Of a stretch of DNA of 64,000 nucleotides, positions 1-13,030 are shown piece by piece; the stretch's first letter is position 1, and every line of letters starts with the position of its first letter. Under the pieces are notes generated by a model. That model ran no database searches, was not told where the DNA came from, and saw only the letters and a program-made list of their open reading frames with translations. Source of the DNA: Octopus vulgaris (taxonomy: Eukaryota); contig OX597815.1 in NCBI GenBank assembly GCA_951406725.2, forward strand, positions 101,494,001 through 101,558,000, read 5' to 3'. The position numbers were made by a program, and so were the translations under genes.

Positions 1-1023
1 TTTTAAAAAAATGGGAATATACATACAACTGATAATGTATACAGTATAGTGAGCCTAAATATGAAAAAGACTAGACGATTACAACTTAAACATATTTGAT
101 CTTCGGTCAGCTCCGTCAGGGCTGGAATGAGTCTAAACAACAGCAGCAGTAAGAGTAGTAGGAGCAGTAGTAGCAACAGGAAAGTTAACTGTGTGAGTAT
201 CAACACCCAACGTGAAACAGTATATAATTGTCTCAATTGAGGCCGTTGTAACAATTTTTATCTCTGAAGATTGACATAAAACTGACATAAAATTTACATA
301 AAATTGTTTAAGGTATGTCGTGTTGGGAAAAGTATATTATTTTACAGTAGTTACATGGCAATATATTTCAGCAAAACGAAACAAAATAAAGAAGCCAAAA
401 AAAAAACGAATAAAAAATCAACGCAAAAAGCGAAAAACTCCCTTCAAACAAAGAAAAAATACAAAACAAAAGCATTATAGAAAATACAGAATGTAATACA
501 AAATACAAAATGTAATTCATGAAAATACAGAAGCATAAAGACATATGATATAAGCTGTAAAGTAGGCAGAGACATAGCTCTTTGGTTAAGAAGTCCGCGC
601 TTTGTATACGCGTGTTTCCGGCATGCATCTCACAGCGAGGTACCAAGTGAGATTCACTTTTTCTTTTGCCTCGGGTGAACTAATGTTAGTGAAGTGAATT
701 TGTACCCAGAAATTGCGCCCAAACCCACTCTACACATATTTAAATGCATACATACATACATAGTACTTTGTTATAAATAAGCTCTTTCCTTCTAGGAAGA
801 ATTCTAAGATACGCGAGCGGGTTCTGATAAATACCTGACTGTAAGGGTCTCGCGAAAGGCCTGGCTGGAGGCTCAACCTCCTTAGTTCTTTTACAGGATT
901 TAGAAAAATTGAAAGACCGCTGCAATGTGTGTGAATCTGAGAGGGGATATGTTGAATGAAATCATAATTAACTGATCCCTGTATTTTATTTTACCTTAGG
1001 CTAGGAACTCTTCAGCACGCCCT

Positions 1024-1026
<3 letters not shown>

Positions 1027-1096
<70 letters not shown>

Positions 1097-1153
1097 ATGT
1101 GTGCGTGTGTGTGTGTGATATATATATATATAATATATATATATGTGTGTGTG

Positions 1154-1207
<54 letters not shown>

Positions 1208-1223
1208 GAGGGCGTGCTGAAGA

Positions 1224-1255
<32 letters not shown>
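1027..1255. repeat. Compound (TA)n/(TG)n microsatellite with a 20-bp mariner-TIR-like fragment (TA-CGAGGGCGTGCTGAAGAGTT, ~1204-1225)
   Basis: Direct reading of the sequence; explains the YI/CV-repeat ORFs here. Confidence 0.9.
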
Positions 1256-1258
<3 letters not shown>

Positions 1259-1396
1259 TTTGTCTTTCATTTTTTACTTCTGTATTGAGTACTTATTCCT
1301 GTTTGTAAATCTGAACGTAGATTACGGACACACACACACGCACACTCACACAGTGAAACACGCATACCCAATCGTATGTATATGCATAATTTATGT

Positions 1397-1795
1397 TTTA
1401 CTTGTTTCAGTCATTAGGCTGCGACCATGATAAGGCACCACCTTGATAAATCTTTTAGTCGAACGAATCGACTCCAGTACTTACGTTTTTAAGTGTAGTA
1501 CTTATTCAATCAGACTCTTTGCCGAATCGCTAAGCTACGTGGACGTAAACACACCAACACCAGCTGTCAAGCAGTGGTGGGGGACAAACGCATGCACATA
1601 CACACGTAATAACATATACATATGCACACAACGTGCTTCTTTCAGTTTCCGTCTACTAAATCCATCCACAAGGCTTTAGTCTGCCCGAGTCTATAGTAGG
1701 AGATATTTGCTCAAGGTGCTACGCAGTAAGACTGAACCCGGTTCCATGCGGTTGGGAGTAAACTTCTTACCACACAGTTACGCCTGGAGCCATGC
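1397..1795 (-). mobile_element. tRNA-headed SINE, family A (CORE-like), diverged copy
   Basis: Colinear with the copies at 9078-9814 and 13966-14385. The minus strand has A/B-box-like motifs, a CORE-like 'caccttgagcaa' segment and a tail ending 'ctgaaacaagtaaaa'. Confidence 0.85.
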
Positions 1796-2170
1796 CTACA
1801 TAAATAAAAACCGCTAAAAATGATTCGGTATGAAAACCGCCGAAAAAGATTCAATATGAAGACGTATGATCATTCACTGCTTAAATCATCATACGTTACT
1901 GGATGTCTGGATTGACTTGAAAACAATATGATGACCACACCAACATAACGATGACGTGATAATAAAAGTAACTCTGCCTGGTCGCTTGATTTGCGAGATA
2001 TAGCAGCCATATCCCTCTCCTCTGATCGCATTTTACAGTTTTGAAAATGAAGGACATATTGAAATTCTGTAGTCTTATATATATTTAAATAAAAGAATGA
2101 TATGGAAGCGGCACAAATATCTTTGATCATTCTCTAGTTATTTTAAGATCTGCAGTAATGGTTACAATGG

Positions 2171-2213
2171 ACTTCGCTGATGAGATCTAATACGATTGAA
2201 ATATGTCCAGAGT
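2171..2213 (+). ncRNA. Degenerate minimal type-I hammerhead ribozyme motif, probably in a Penelope-like pLTR remnant
   Basis: acttcg CTGATGA gatc-taatac-gatt GAAA tatg TC cagagt. Core intact, stem II forms, stem I imperfect. Confidence 0.6.
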
Positions 2214-2952
2214 TGTCATCGTACTGTTAATTAAAGCAATTAAAATTTCTCGCTTGTCTCTCTTGGATTTTTTTTTATCAGTGATAGTCATTTAGGATTT
2301 TAAAGGATTAAAATACCTACACATGCTCTGTTAGCGCTCGTTTCCTTATTAATTTCTCGTATAGCGGGCGTACTTGGCCATTTTTTCCAGGTATTTCTTT
2401 TATACACGTGTCCATGCCCACCCCCACACGTACGTGTGTGTGTGTGTGTGTGTGATGATTACAAACTAGTGTTCGACTGTTGCCATCACCTGATCGAAGG
2501 TCTCACACAGGCGAAGGCTACGACCAGCCACTTTGTTATGTCTTACTTCTTTTCAGGCGATGCCTGTGCATGATTTTTTTGTAGTGGGGAAAGGATTTGC
2601 ACAAATCCAATCCCACTCTCTGAACATGGACAACATAAACTCGAAAAGAAGAACTAGTCTACATCATCGAATATTGTCAGTTTTCTCTCAGATTTTTTTT
2701 CTCCTAGAAAGAAGTTGTGACAACAACAGAGGGGCCTCCCACTCTCAGTGGGCCAATAGCGCGCTTGGACACCAACTCAGGTATTTCCACGTCTCCACGT
2801 ATACATACATGCATGCATACACGTGTACACATATTACTGAACGGCCGTTTACTGCTCTTCCGCCCTACATACATACAAAAACGCACGCACACATATGTAC
2901 ATACACAAACACACACACACTTATATACATACACACGCGCACACACACACCA

Positions 2953-3184
2953 AGGCGGCGAGTTGGCAGAAACGTTAGCACGCCGGGCGAAATGCTTAGC
3001 GGCATTTCGTCTGCCGTTACGTTGTGAGTTCAAATTCCGCCGAGGTCGATTTTGCCTTTCATCCTTTCGGGGTCGATAAATTAAGTACCAGTTACGCACT
3101 GGGGTCGATGTAATCGACTTAATACCTATGTCTGTACTTGTTTTCCCCCTCTGTGTTTAGCCCCTTGTGGGTAATAAAGAAATA
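2953..3184 (+). mobile_element. tRNA-headed SINE, family B (Nin/Deu-domain-like) with long tail type 2
   Basis: Head ggcggcgagttggcaga...gagttcaaattcc; central gcctttcatcctttcggggtcgataaattaagtacc resembles the Nin/Deu domain; tail ends aataaagaaata. More than 10 related copies in the window. Confidence 0.9.
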
Positions 3185-3224
3185 AGTATATCACTGTATC
3201 GACCAGTGTATCAGATGTTGTTAT

Positions 3225-3342
3225 ACACCACTGGTCACAGTGTGGTTCCTCGCTGAAGAACACAACGCACCGCCGCTCTGGGTATCGAAACCACAATCTT
3301 GTGGTCGTGTGTGCAACACTCTGAGTACCAGGCCACGTGCCT
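3225..3342 (-). mobile_element. SINE family C, 5' fragment
   Basis: Reverse complement matches the head of the copies at 9199 and 10066 (gattgtggtttcgat...gcgttgtgttctt). Confidence 0.7.
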
Positions 3343-3406
3343 TTACACACACAACACACACACATATGCGCGCACTCTCACATATGCACACACATATATA
3401 CGTATA

Positions 3407-3443
<37 letters not shown>

Positions 3444-3944
3444 GTATGTGTGTGTGTGTGTGCATTCATGTACGCGTGTGTACGTATGTCTGCGTGTGTA
3501 TGTGTGTGTCTGTGTGTCTGTGTGCGTGCGTGTAAGTTTGGTATATTCGAAGAAGAATGTGAAGAACTCTTTCTACAAATGTCTGCCAGATGTCCCAGTG
3601 AAACAATGAACTACTTCGTCATGCCATCATTGTCACTTGACGGTTGAAGAATGGAACTTCTATCACCTATTTCCTGTCATCAACGAATGTGCACACTGTG
3701 AATGGTTCGTGCACGTGTAAATGTATTTATGTGTGTGTGTGTTTGTCAAGTAGAAGCTGTATGCCATTTTGAGGAGATCGAGGCCATGAAGCGTTTATAA
3801 CACTTAGGCAAGTTATTGTTTTAGACTAAACATTAAGGACTGATTAGGAAATATGAAAAATCATTATTAAAAAAATGATAAAACTCATATGTAAACGTGC
3901 CTTTAATATAACGTGTGCTCGCGTCTCTGCGCGTATCTATGTAT

Positions 3945-4583
3945 GTCATTATTCAGTTTATTTCTAGATTTCTTGCCAATAGAGAAAAACCCGGTTTCTA
4001 ACCTGAATCCAAAGCTCCTTCATTGGAATTTCAACATCAACAACAGGGTATGTAAGTATGTATGTATGTATGTATGTATGTATGTATGTATGTATGTATG
4101 TATGTATGTGTGTGTATGTATGTTTGCATGTATGTATGTATGTAAGTATGTATGTATGTATGTATGTATGTATGTATGTATGTATGTATGCATGTATGTG
4201 CATTTATATGTTTTATGTATGTATTCTCATGCTTATAGTTGCATATCTAGACATACTCATATATATTTAAATGATAAACTTCTGGAAAGTTTTACAGATT
4301 TTTACAGTTCCAGTGATGGATTGGATCTGAAGCCTTCGAATTAGTTCTTTCCTTTCTGGTTTCGAGAAGCCTAATTTCTCAAGATTGGTATTTATACAGT
4401 GTGTTACATATCCCAGGGCCCCATAATTACATGCATAAACCTGAACTTGTAATCTGGATAGAGTAACCGCAGGTTTCTCAATAGTTCAGCATAGGTGTTC
4501 TCTTTTTCTATGGTCTTCAGCTTTATGTTAACATTTGCTGGGAAGCTGTTTCCACAACTATGCAGTTTCTCTTCTCTACCCCG
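3945..4583 (-). mobile_element. 5'-truncated R4/Dong-like non-LTR retrotransposon: restriction-like endonuclease C-terminus plus 3' UTR with internal (CATA)n
   Basis: Minus-strand translation of 4583-4267, with frameshifts: REEKL/CIVVE/SFPANVNIKLKTIEKENTYAELLRNLRLLYPDYKFRFMHVIMG/ALGYV...LQIQSITGTVKICKTFQKFII*. This matches the RLE C-terminal pattern (E..P...N...K..EK...Y..L...GALG). The 3' end has AATAAA. Confidence 0.75.
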
Positions 4584-4757
4584 TATGTATGTATGTATGT
4601 ATGTATGTATGTATGTATGTATGTATGTATGTATGTATGTATGTATGTATGTGCGTGTGTGTATGTAGATGTGTGTGTATGCACATATGTGTATGTGTAT
4701 GTATGTCTGTGTTTCTGGTGTGTGTATGCATGTATTGGTATATGTGTGTATATCTGT

Positions 4758-4808
<51 letters not shown>

Positions 4809-5019
4809 TGCATACGCGGTGTGTGCGTATGTGATTGATGTTAAGATTGCCTGTTACTCCGTTACGTGTCCAGAAATATTCTGCAGCGAAACTCTGACAT
4901 AGTCAGAATAATCTCAGTCCTACAAAATGTATCTTTACGCTCTACGTCTGTACTGAGCACTTATTTCTGTTGTTTGTAAACACGTACGCCCACACACACA
5001 GAGCCCCCTCCCACATAAA

Positions 5020-5162
5020 ACATACGACGGGCTTCTTTCAGTTTCCGTCTACCAAATCCATTCACAAGACTTTAGTCTACTTGTCCAAGGTGCTCCGCAG
5101 TAGGACTGGACCCGGGGGCCGTTTGGTTGGGACGCGAACCCCTTAGCGGACAGTAACACCTG
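5020..5162 (-). mobile_element. SINE family A, partial
   Basis: cgacgggcttctttcagtttccgtctaccaaatcca...; same family as 13966-14385. Confidence 0.75.
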
Positions 5163-5204
5163 CAAGTTTAATTCTGAGATGAAGAACTTTTTCTTTTTTG
5201 TTTT

Positions 5205-5403
5205 CCTACTCCAGGCACAAGGCTCGAAATATTTGGGGAAGGGGCAAGTCGATTAGATTGTCTCCAGTACGCAACTGGTACTTAATTTATAGACCCCGAA
5301 AGGATGAAAGGCAAAGTCGACCTCGGTTGAATTTGAACTCAGAACGTAAAGACAGACGTTAGCATTTCGTCCGGCGTGCCAATGTTTCTGCCAGCTCGCC
5401 GCT
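5205..5403 (-). mobile_element. SINE family B with short tail type 1
   Basis: gaccccgaaaggatgaaaggcaaagtcgacctcgg...tctgccagctcgccgc. Confidence 0.85.
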
Positions 5404-5607
5404 TCTGAGATGATGAACTGTCGTTGTTATAAACTGATATATCCAACCAAGTGTCCTTATTTTAGTTGCCATAGTTATAACGCTTAGCACCTTTGCACTC
5501 TTCGGCCTTCTTCTGGTGCTGTGACAATTGGTAATGTTATCAGAATTTAGAAACGAATCTTTTATTAAATGCAGGCAAATGGATTATTCTCGGTCTGTTG
5601 TCTATAC

Positions 5608-5790
5608 CAGTATTCCGCAACCGGTGGCCTGCGACACACCGACGTGCCACGAGATGATGCTAGATGTGCCGTTGTGTAACCTGAATATAAGTTTTTCCCT
5701 ATGCTTTTAGTTGTATTTTTAGTCCAGGCGTTCCACCGAATTTTGAAAAGAATATTTGTACCTCAGGTGAAAAAAGGTTAAGGAGCACTG
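5608..5790. mobile_element. hAT-type MITE
   Basis: Imperfect TIRs CAGTATTCCGCAACC / GGTTAAGGAGCACTG and a perfect 8-bp TSD GTCTATAC (5600-5607, 5791-5798). Confidence 0.85.
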
Positions 5791-6804
5791 GTCTATACAA
5801 TAGATAATCTCCTCTTAGATATAATCCTACTTATTATGCTGCATTCTCTTTCTCCGTCTGAACAAGTGTAATATACAGAATGTCTGACGTAAGTAATGCT
5901 CACGAGTCCACGAGAGCCAACAAGAGTCACATACAAACGGGCATGATTGGCAACACGCGCTATACTTTCACTAATTGCATTCGGTCTCAATATGGTCGCC
6001 AGCAGACATAGGTACCTTCATGACCATCTCAATCTTTGACTCAGCCGCACCTCTAGGATGTGACTACCAAAACTAGGCGCATTTTCACCTGAATAGACTG
6101 AGCAATGCATAACGAAGTATTTTTTCTGAAGGGTATAACATCTTGTACTTCAAAGCCTATATTCACCATTCCAATGTCTCGTTGTTCTTCGAGACATTGA
6201 GATGGTTAAATATTTTCCATTCTGTTTTCTTGTATATGAGAGTTAATCGTGAAATGTAATAATTAAACTGGTGGGTGAGAGTTCAATACCTAAGGAAGAC
6301 ATTGTAGCAGCCACTCTCCCCAAATCCCTCGAAAAACACGCGCACTACTCCCGTTAAAAGGAAGGACTTATTAAATAACGTAACCCTAGACACACTGAAA
6401 AAAACAAAGAAACAAACAAACAACGATACCATCATGACGGAAATGCTTTCGATCTTATGTTTGCTTCATCAAGGTTGACCTAGGGCTAAAAAACAAAAGT
6501 GGCAATTCATAGTGCAAGAATGTATTTGTCTCTTATACATAAATAATTACTTCTGTCGAGTCATGGTATTTAGTCGGTGAAAAATAATTTGACTTCTTAC
6601 TAGCCGACATAGTTACATATATATCTTTTTTACCTAAATATGTGTATAGTTTAGCTTAACTACTTGCTTGTTTACCCGAGGATATACTTAAGGACACATA
6701 TATCAGCTTTTATTTATGTAAATATGTATGTATTTATGTTTGCATGTGTACATATCTATATGTATATATGCATATATATGTATATGTATACATATACGTG
6801 TATT

Positions 6805-6843
<39 letters not shown>

Positions 6844-7778
6844 GTGTATATGTAATCACATACAAATATGGATATACTGAAATGGATATAGAAATGTATG
6901 TATATATGATTATGTAAATATTTATGTACGTATGCGTGAGCATGTATATTTGCAAACACACACACTCGCTAAGAGAGACACACACACAACACACACACAC
7001 ACAAACACACACGGACATACCCATTTTCTATGTGTTGTATGTATGTGTATGTTCGTGTGTATGCGAGCGTACGCGTGCCTCTATGAGCACGTGCGTGTGC
7101 GTGTTGTAAGAGCTACAACTGGAATGTAACGCGGTTCTGCATTACGTAAAGCCCTCTAAGTCAGAAATACATCAGCGCCAGAAATTGATAATTTGAAATA
7201 TTCCTCCGAAGTTGTTTACAAAATGTTTCTCTATAATACGTTTACATCTGCTTAAAGAATTTTAGAGTCTTCACGAAGCCATTTCCGTCTTCTTAAATCA
7301 TTATTGCATCTCCTCTCCAGGTAGGTATCTATGTGTTTACAATATTTGTGCTAATACTTAATTGCTTTTCCCTGGCGCTCAGTCATCTTGGAATTTACTT
7401 CCTGACAAACTTAGCGCCACTCGAAACAGTAAATTGACAGAAGTCTACAGAAAGGAAGTTTAACTTACGCCCCTAAACACACCCATATTTAGTTGCCATT
7501 GTCCATTTCTACACTGCAGGAGGTGTCGAAAGCATTTTACAATTCTTCTCATCTTCTGTGGAATTACCCATAGAATGTAAGTTCCAGACACCTTTAGATC
7601 TGTAAACATCTGAAAGAAATATATCCAAACTTTTACAGAAACAAAACGCTGCACACTGACATTAAAGTTTATGTAACCTTTTCATACATATGTATACACA
7701 TACACACATACACACATATAAGCATATATATGTGTATATATAGGCACATGTGTGTATGTATATATGTATGTACGTATG

Positions 7779-7827
<49 letters not shown>

Positions 7828-7847
7828 ACATAGATAGATATACAAAC

Positions 7848-7888
<41 letters not shown>

Positions 7889-8086
7889 AACATTTATATA
7901 TATATATATATATATATATATGCGTGTGTGTATGAATGAATTATGTAGAAATAAATATATGTAGAAATAAAGAACAATTCAAGTACTGGATGGAAACTCC
8001 TCCCCTCAAAAATTCTGGCCCTGTGCGCAGACTAGAAACAATTATTATTTACACACACACACACACATACGCGCGCGCACGCGCAG

Positions 8087-8160
<74 letters not shown>

Positions 8161-8189
8161 GCACGCACGCACACACACACACACGCGCG

Positions 8190-8850
8190 CCAGCTGCATT
8201 CCGGAAATCTTGAGACCTTTGAAGGAGAGGCGGTTATAACTGTTCTAGATTATTGTAATTTTAGTATATCATTACAATACATCTAATAAGCTGACCTGCC
8301 AACGTTTATTTTATTCCAGATTGAAAAAAAAAAGACGACTGTAAAAGCACTTTGAACATATCCTACTTCTCGAGAAATAAAAGTTCTAGCAGGCATGCGC
8401 GTCCCTTTCAGCAATCATTTTCTTCAACTACTCAGCATAATTAGTAGCACTCTATTCCAGCACTTGTAGTTTCACCCATCATTTTTAGACTGTGCAAATT
8501 CACGTGCTTCTTAAATCTTTCAAACATGCCTTTACTAGCCAGAAGGTCTTTTCATTACAGTTTCAAATTCGTTTTTCTGCAAACCGTCATATAAACTTTC
8601 GGCTGTTTTTTTTTTCTTTTTTTTTTCGAATTACCATTTTGTCTACTATCCATAGATTAAGTTGACTCAGATTCTCGAGCCATACACTCAAGGGTCGTTA
8701 CATTTTAAGCACTACATTTGATCTATGGAGAACTAAGGTCCGGACAGTTAACGGAATAGTTTCTTGAGCACTTGACATAATATTCTCTGTTGTCACATAT
8801 TGTTCCCTCTGTAGATATTGTAAGATGTAATGTTTTGGCAATATAACTTA
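8190..8850 (-). mobile_element. Possible highly decayed Tc1/mariner-like remnant
   Basis: Minus strand near 8725-8760 reads SVNCPDL, similar to the P.NSPDLNP motif. Otherwise unreadable. Confidence 0.3.
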
Positions 8851-9077
8851 GTTTTTTAAATCATTCTGTTTTAGATCATCTTTTTAAATCATCAGATTTA
8901 ACATCGAGCGTAATCCATTTACGGTTCCTTTTCGCCCCACTAACTTCTTTCCAAGGATATTAAATTGAAGGTAAATTCAACAACAACGGTGATTAATTAT
9001 CCACAACAAATATGTAGTAAAAGAAATTGGCCTAGGAATGATCTGTTTTGTGAGAGCGAAAAATTGTCTCACTCCTA

Positions 9078-9814
9078 TACTCTTTTACTCTTTTACTTGT
9101 TTCAGTCATTTGACTGCGGCCATGCTGGAGCACCGCCTTTAGTCGAGCAAATCGACCCCAGGACTTATTCTTTGTAAGCCTAGTACTTATTCTCATGTGA
9201 GGGCGCGTGGCTTAGTGGTTAGGGCATTCGGCTCATGATCGTAAGGTTGTGAGTTCGATTCCCGGCGACGCGTTGTGTCCTTGAGCAAGACACTTTATTT
9301 CACGTTGCTCCAGTCCACTCAGCTGGCAAAAATGAGTTGTACTTGTATTTCAAAGGGTCAGCCTTGTCACTCTCTGTGTCACGCTGATTATCCCCGAGAA
9401 CTACGTTAAGGGTACACGTGTCTGTGGAATGCTCAGCCATTTGCACGTTAATTTCACGAGCAAGCTGTTCCGTTGATCGTATCAGCTGGGACCCTCGTCG
9501 TCGTAACCGGCGGAGTCTTTTTTTTTTTAAGTACTTATTCTATCGGACGCTTTTGCTGAATCGCCAAGTTACGGAGACGTAAACACACCAGCATCAGTTG
9601 TTAAGCGATGTTGGTGGGTGGGGACAAACACAGACACACAAACACACACATATATACATATACATATATACGACGGGCTTCTTTCACTCACAAGGCTTTG
9701 GTCAGCCCGAGGCTATAGTAGAAGACACTTGCCCAAGGTGCCACGCAGTGGGACTGAACCCGGAACCATGTAGTTGGTAAACAAGCTACTTACCACCCAG
9801 CCATTCCCGCGCCT
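9078..9814 (-). mobile_element. SINE family A, full-length, interrupted by a family C insertion
   Basis: The two halves join seamlessly when 9194-9541 is removed and then match the uninterrupted copy at 13966-14385. Confidence 0.9.
9194..9529 (+). mobile_element. SINE family C, full-length (tRNA head, Meta/V-domain-like core), nested, with TSD
   Basis: A box tggcttagtgg, B box gagttcgattcc, core gtgtccttgagcaagacact, terminal T11 run. 12-bp TSD AGTACTTATTCT at 9182-9193 and 9530-9541. Confidence 0.9.
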
Positions 9815-9944
9815 ATGGCTATAATAACGAAAATGAGATGAAAAGGTGAAGGACTTAGTAAGAGAAAGTATTATATGATTACAGTTAGCTGAAGGATCAC
9901 TAGATTTTAGAGGTAATTCGACCCTTGCACTTCTGACATAGTGG

Positions 9945-10310
9945 AGGCACAGGGCTACGTGGTTAGGGTGTTGAATTCAAGATCGTAAGATTGTGGTTTC
10001 GATTCCTGGATCGGGCGACGCGTTGTGTTCCTGAGCAAAACACTTCATTTCATGTTGCTCCAATCGGAGGCGAGTGGCTACGTGGTTAAGGTGTTGGGTT
10101 CAAGATCGTAAGATTGTGGTTTCGATTCCTGGATCGGGCGACGCGTTGTGTTCTTGAGCAAAACACTTTATTTCATGTTGCTCCACTTCACTCAGTCGGC
10201 AAAAATGAGCAACTTGTGACGGACCTGAGTCCCATCCAGATGGAGAATATATACACCATGGAAACTGGGAAACCGGCTCTTTGAGTTTACATGACTCTAG
10301 AAGGAACTTT
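9945..10310 (+). mobile_element. Two tandem SINE family C heads (9945-10063 and 10066-10310)
   Basis: ~120-bp direct repeat ggctacgtggtta...tttcatgttgctcca; the second copy continues into a different tail. Confidence 0.85.
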
Positions 10311-11114
10311 ACATTTTTATTTACTTCTGACTTAAGACATAAACACCCACACCCACAGACATTCATGCACACATACTTACCCTACTCCCACATACAGACG
10401 CGGTCAACACTCATGCACACATGTGTGCTAGCATACATGCAATCTGTTGTAGCCTGTTAGATTCAAAAGTTGTTGAATTGATAATGGTGATGATGTCGGT
10501 TACATTGATTTAGATGCCAGTGATGGTGGGCGGCTACTGTTGGTGGTTTGGTAGTTATAGTGTTCTTGCTAATTGCATTGTTGTGGCTGTTTAGTCTCAA
10601 GTCAATTCTCATAGACATAAGATCAAAGATAAATCGTTCAACTTTCCCGATACACCAGGATACCACATTATGTTTTTATTTTAAATGGATTTGCTATCGT
10701 CTTCATACTCCGTATGACTGTTGCTGTCGGTGGTTGTGCTGGTGTTGATGATAGAATCACGCACACATACATGAACACAAATTACACATATATATGTATA
10801 TATATGCTCACATTATGTGCATTATATATACATATGTGTATGTGTGCATGTATGTATATAACATGATGATAGTTTTTCAAATCGTTAACTATATACTTTG
10901 ATCTTAACTAAAACGCTAGTGGCCATTCATCTAAGAAGAAAATGTAGTTTAAATTGTTATCAATTTAAAACTACGCAATACAAGTTTCCGTAAGAGCGAA
11001 ATTACAGACCGTATCCCGATAATAATGTTCATACTTTTCAATTTCTGTAAGCGCAAAACTCTCCATCTGAGGCATCCGTAATGTGGTGAGTACCTGTACA
11101 CACAAACACACACA

Positions 11115-11195
<81 letters not shown>

Positions 11196-11699
11196 ACACA
11201 CACTCATTATATCTGGCATCCTATCGATTCTGCTATGCTTTTCCTAATGATAGACAAAAGGCACATTTTAGTGGTGACGGTGATGTCATTGGTATCAAAG
11301 ACATCACGTCATTGGTATCCAAGAGGGCCAACAATCAGAGTTACCATTGCTGGGATTCGTACTTAGAATGCAAAGGTATACAGCTCTTGTCGGGCTCCAA
11401 TCAGCTCTGATCGAGCAAACCTATGATGAAAGGCTTCCACATCAATCCTTACTTTTTACATTTACCAGGGACTACACCGGGTGGTGGCGGCGGCAGCGCC
11501 GGTGGTGGTGATGATGTGTTAGTTGTCATGGTGCATTGCTGGTAGTGGTATATTGGTGTTGTTGTAGTAGTGTGGCGACGATGTGTTTGTCTCATCGTGG
11601 GCCACAGTAGTGCAGTTTTGCTAGGTTGACGATGATGATGATGCTGCTGGTGACAATAATTATAGTGAGAGCGATTATTATGACGATGTTAGAGTTAAT

Positions 11700-12630
11700 A
11701 ATCCTTTCTACACGAGATCTGAAATTTGGAGGAGAGAGATAGTCGATTACATCGACCTCAGTGTTTCACTGGTACTTAATTTATCGACCCCGAAAGGATG
11801 AAAGGTAAAGTCAACTTCGGCGGAATGTGAACTCAGAACGTAGCGAGAGCGAAATACCTGTTTTTTTACTACCCACAAGGGGCTAAACACAGAGAGGACA
11901 AACAAGGTCAGACAACCAGATTAAGTCGATGACATCGATCCCAGTGCGTAACTGGTACTTATTTAATCGACCCCGAAAGGATGAAAGGCAAAGTCCACCT
12001 CGGCGGAATTTGAACTCAGAACGTAACGGTAGACGAAATACCTATTTCTTTATTACCCACAAGGGGCTAAACATAGTGGGGACAAACAAGGACAGACATA
12101 GGTATTAAGTCGATTACATCGATCCCAGTGCGTAACTGGTACTTATTTAATCGACTCCGAAGGGATGAAAGGCAAAGTCGACCTCGGTGGAATTTGAACT
12201 CAGAACGTAGCGGCGGACGAAATACCTATTTCTTTATTACCCACAAGGGGCTAAACATAGAGGGGACAAACAAGGACAGACATAGGTATTAAGTCGATTA
12301 CATCGATCCCAGTGCGTAACTGGTACTTATTTAATCGACTCCGAAGGGATGAAAGGCAAAGTCGACCTCGGTGGAATTTGAACTCAGAACGTAGCGGCGG
12401 ACGAAATACCTATTTCTTTATTACCCACAAGGGGCTAAACATAGAGGGGACAAACAAGGACAGACATAGGTATTAAGTCGATTACATCGATCCCAGTGCG
12501 TAACTGGTGCTTATTTAATCGACCCCGAAAGGATGAAAGGCAAGACGACCTCGGCGGAATTTGATCTCAGAACGAAATCCCGCTGAGCATTTCGCCCGGC
12601 GTGCTAACGATTCTGCCGGCTCGCCACCTT
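11700..12630 (-). repeat. Tandem array of SINE family B: head + 4 x 184-bp (core + tail 2) + core + tail 1
   Basis: GAAATACC junction recurs at 11851, 12035, 12219 and 12403 (period 184); the middle units are nearly identical. Confidence 0.92.
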
Positions 12631-12649
12631 GAGCTTAGAGTTAATAATG

Positions 12650-13030
12650 GTTTCACATATTGACACAAGGCCAGAAATTATGGAGGAGGGTGTAAGTAGA
12701 TTACATTGACCACAGTGCTCAACTGGTTCTTATTTTATCGACCCCGAAAGGAAGAAAGGCAAAGTCGACCTCGACAAAATTTGAACTCAGAACGTAAAGA
12801 CAGGCGAAATGCCGCTAATTGTCATTAACTATTAGAGCTAATAATCCTTTCTGCTATAGGCACAAAACCTGAAATTTTGTGGGAGGGGATTAGTCGATTA
12901 CATCGACTCTAGTGCTCGACTGGTGCTTATTTTTATCGACCCCGAAAGCATGGAAGGCAAAGTCGACCACGGCGGAATTTGAACTGAGAACGTGGAGACG
13001 GACGAAAACGCTTCTGCCAGCTCGTCGCCT
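12650..13030 (-). mobile_element. Two further SINE family B copies with tail type 1
   Basis: Core atcgaccccgaaag...ggcaaagtcgacc at ~12735 and ~12935. Confidence 0.85.

Noticed and set aside
9199-9270. tRNA-like sequences at SINE heads as tRNA genes
   Set aside because: They continue into multicopy SINE bodies and lack a proper acceptor stem.
11859-12594. Regular repeat array as a possible CRISPR array
   Set aside because: Units are full 184-bp SINE-derived repeats without unique spacers; the context is eukaryotic and there are no cas genes.
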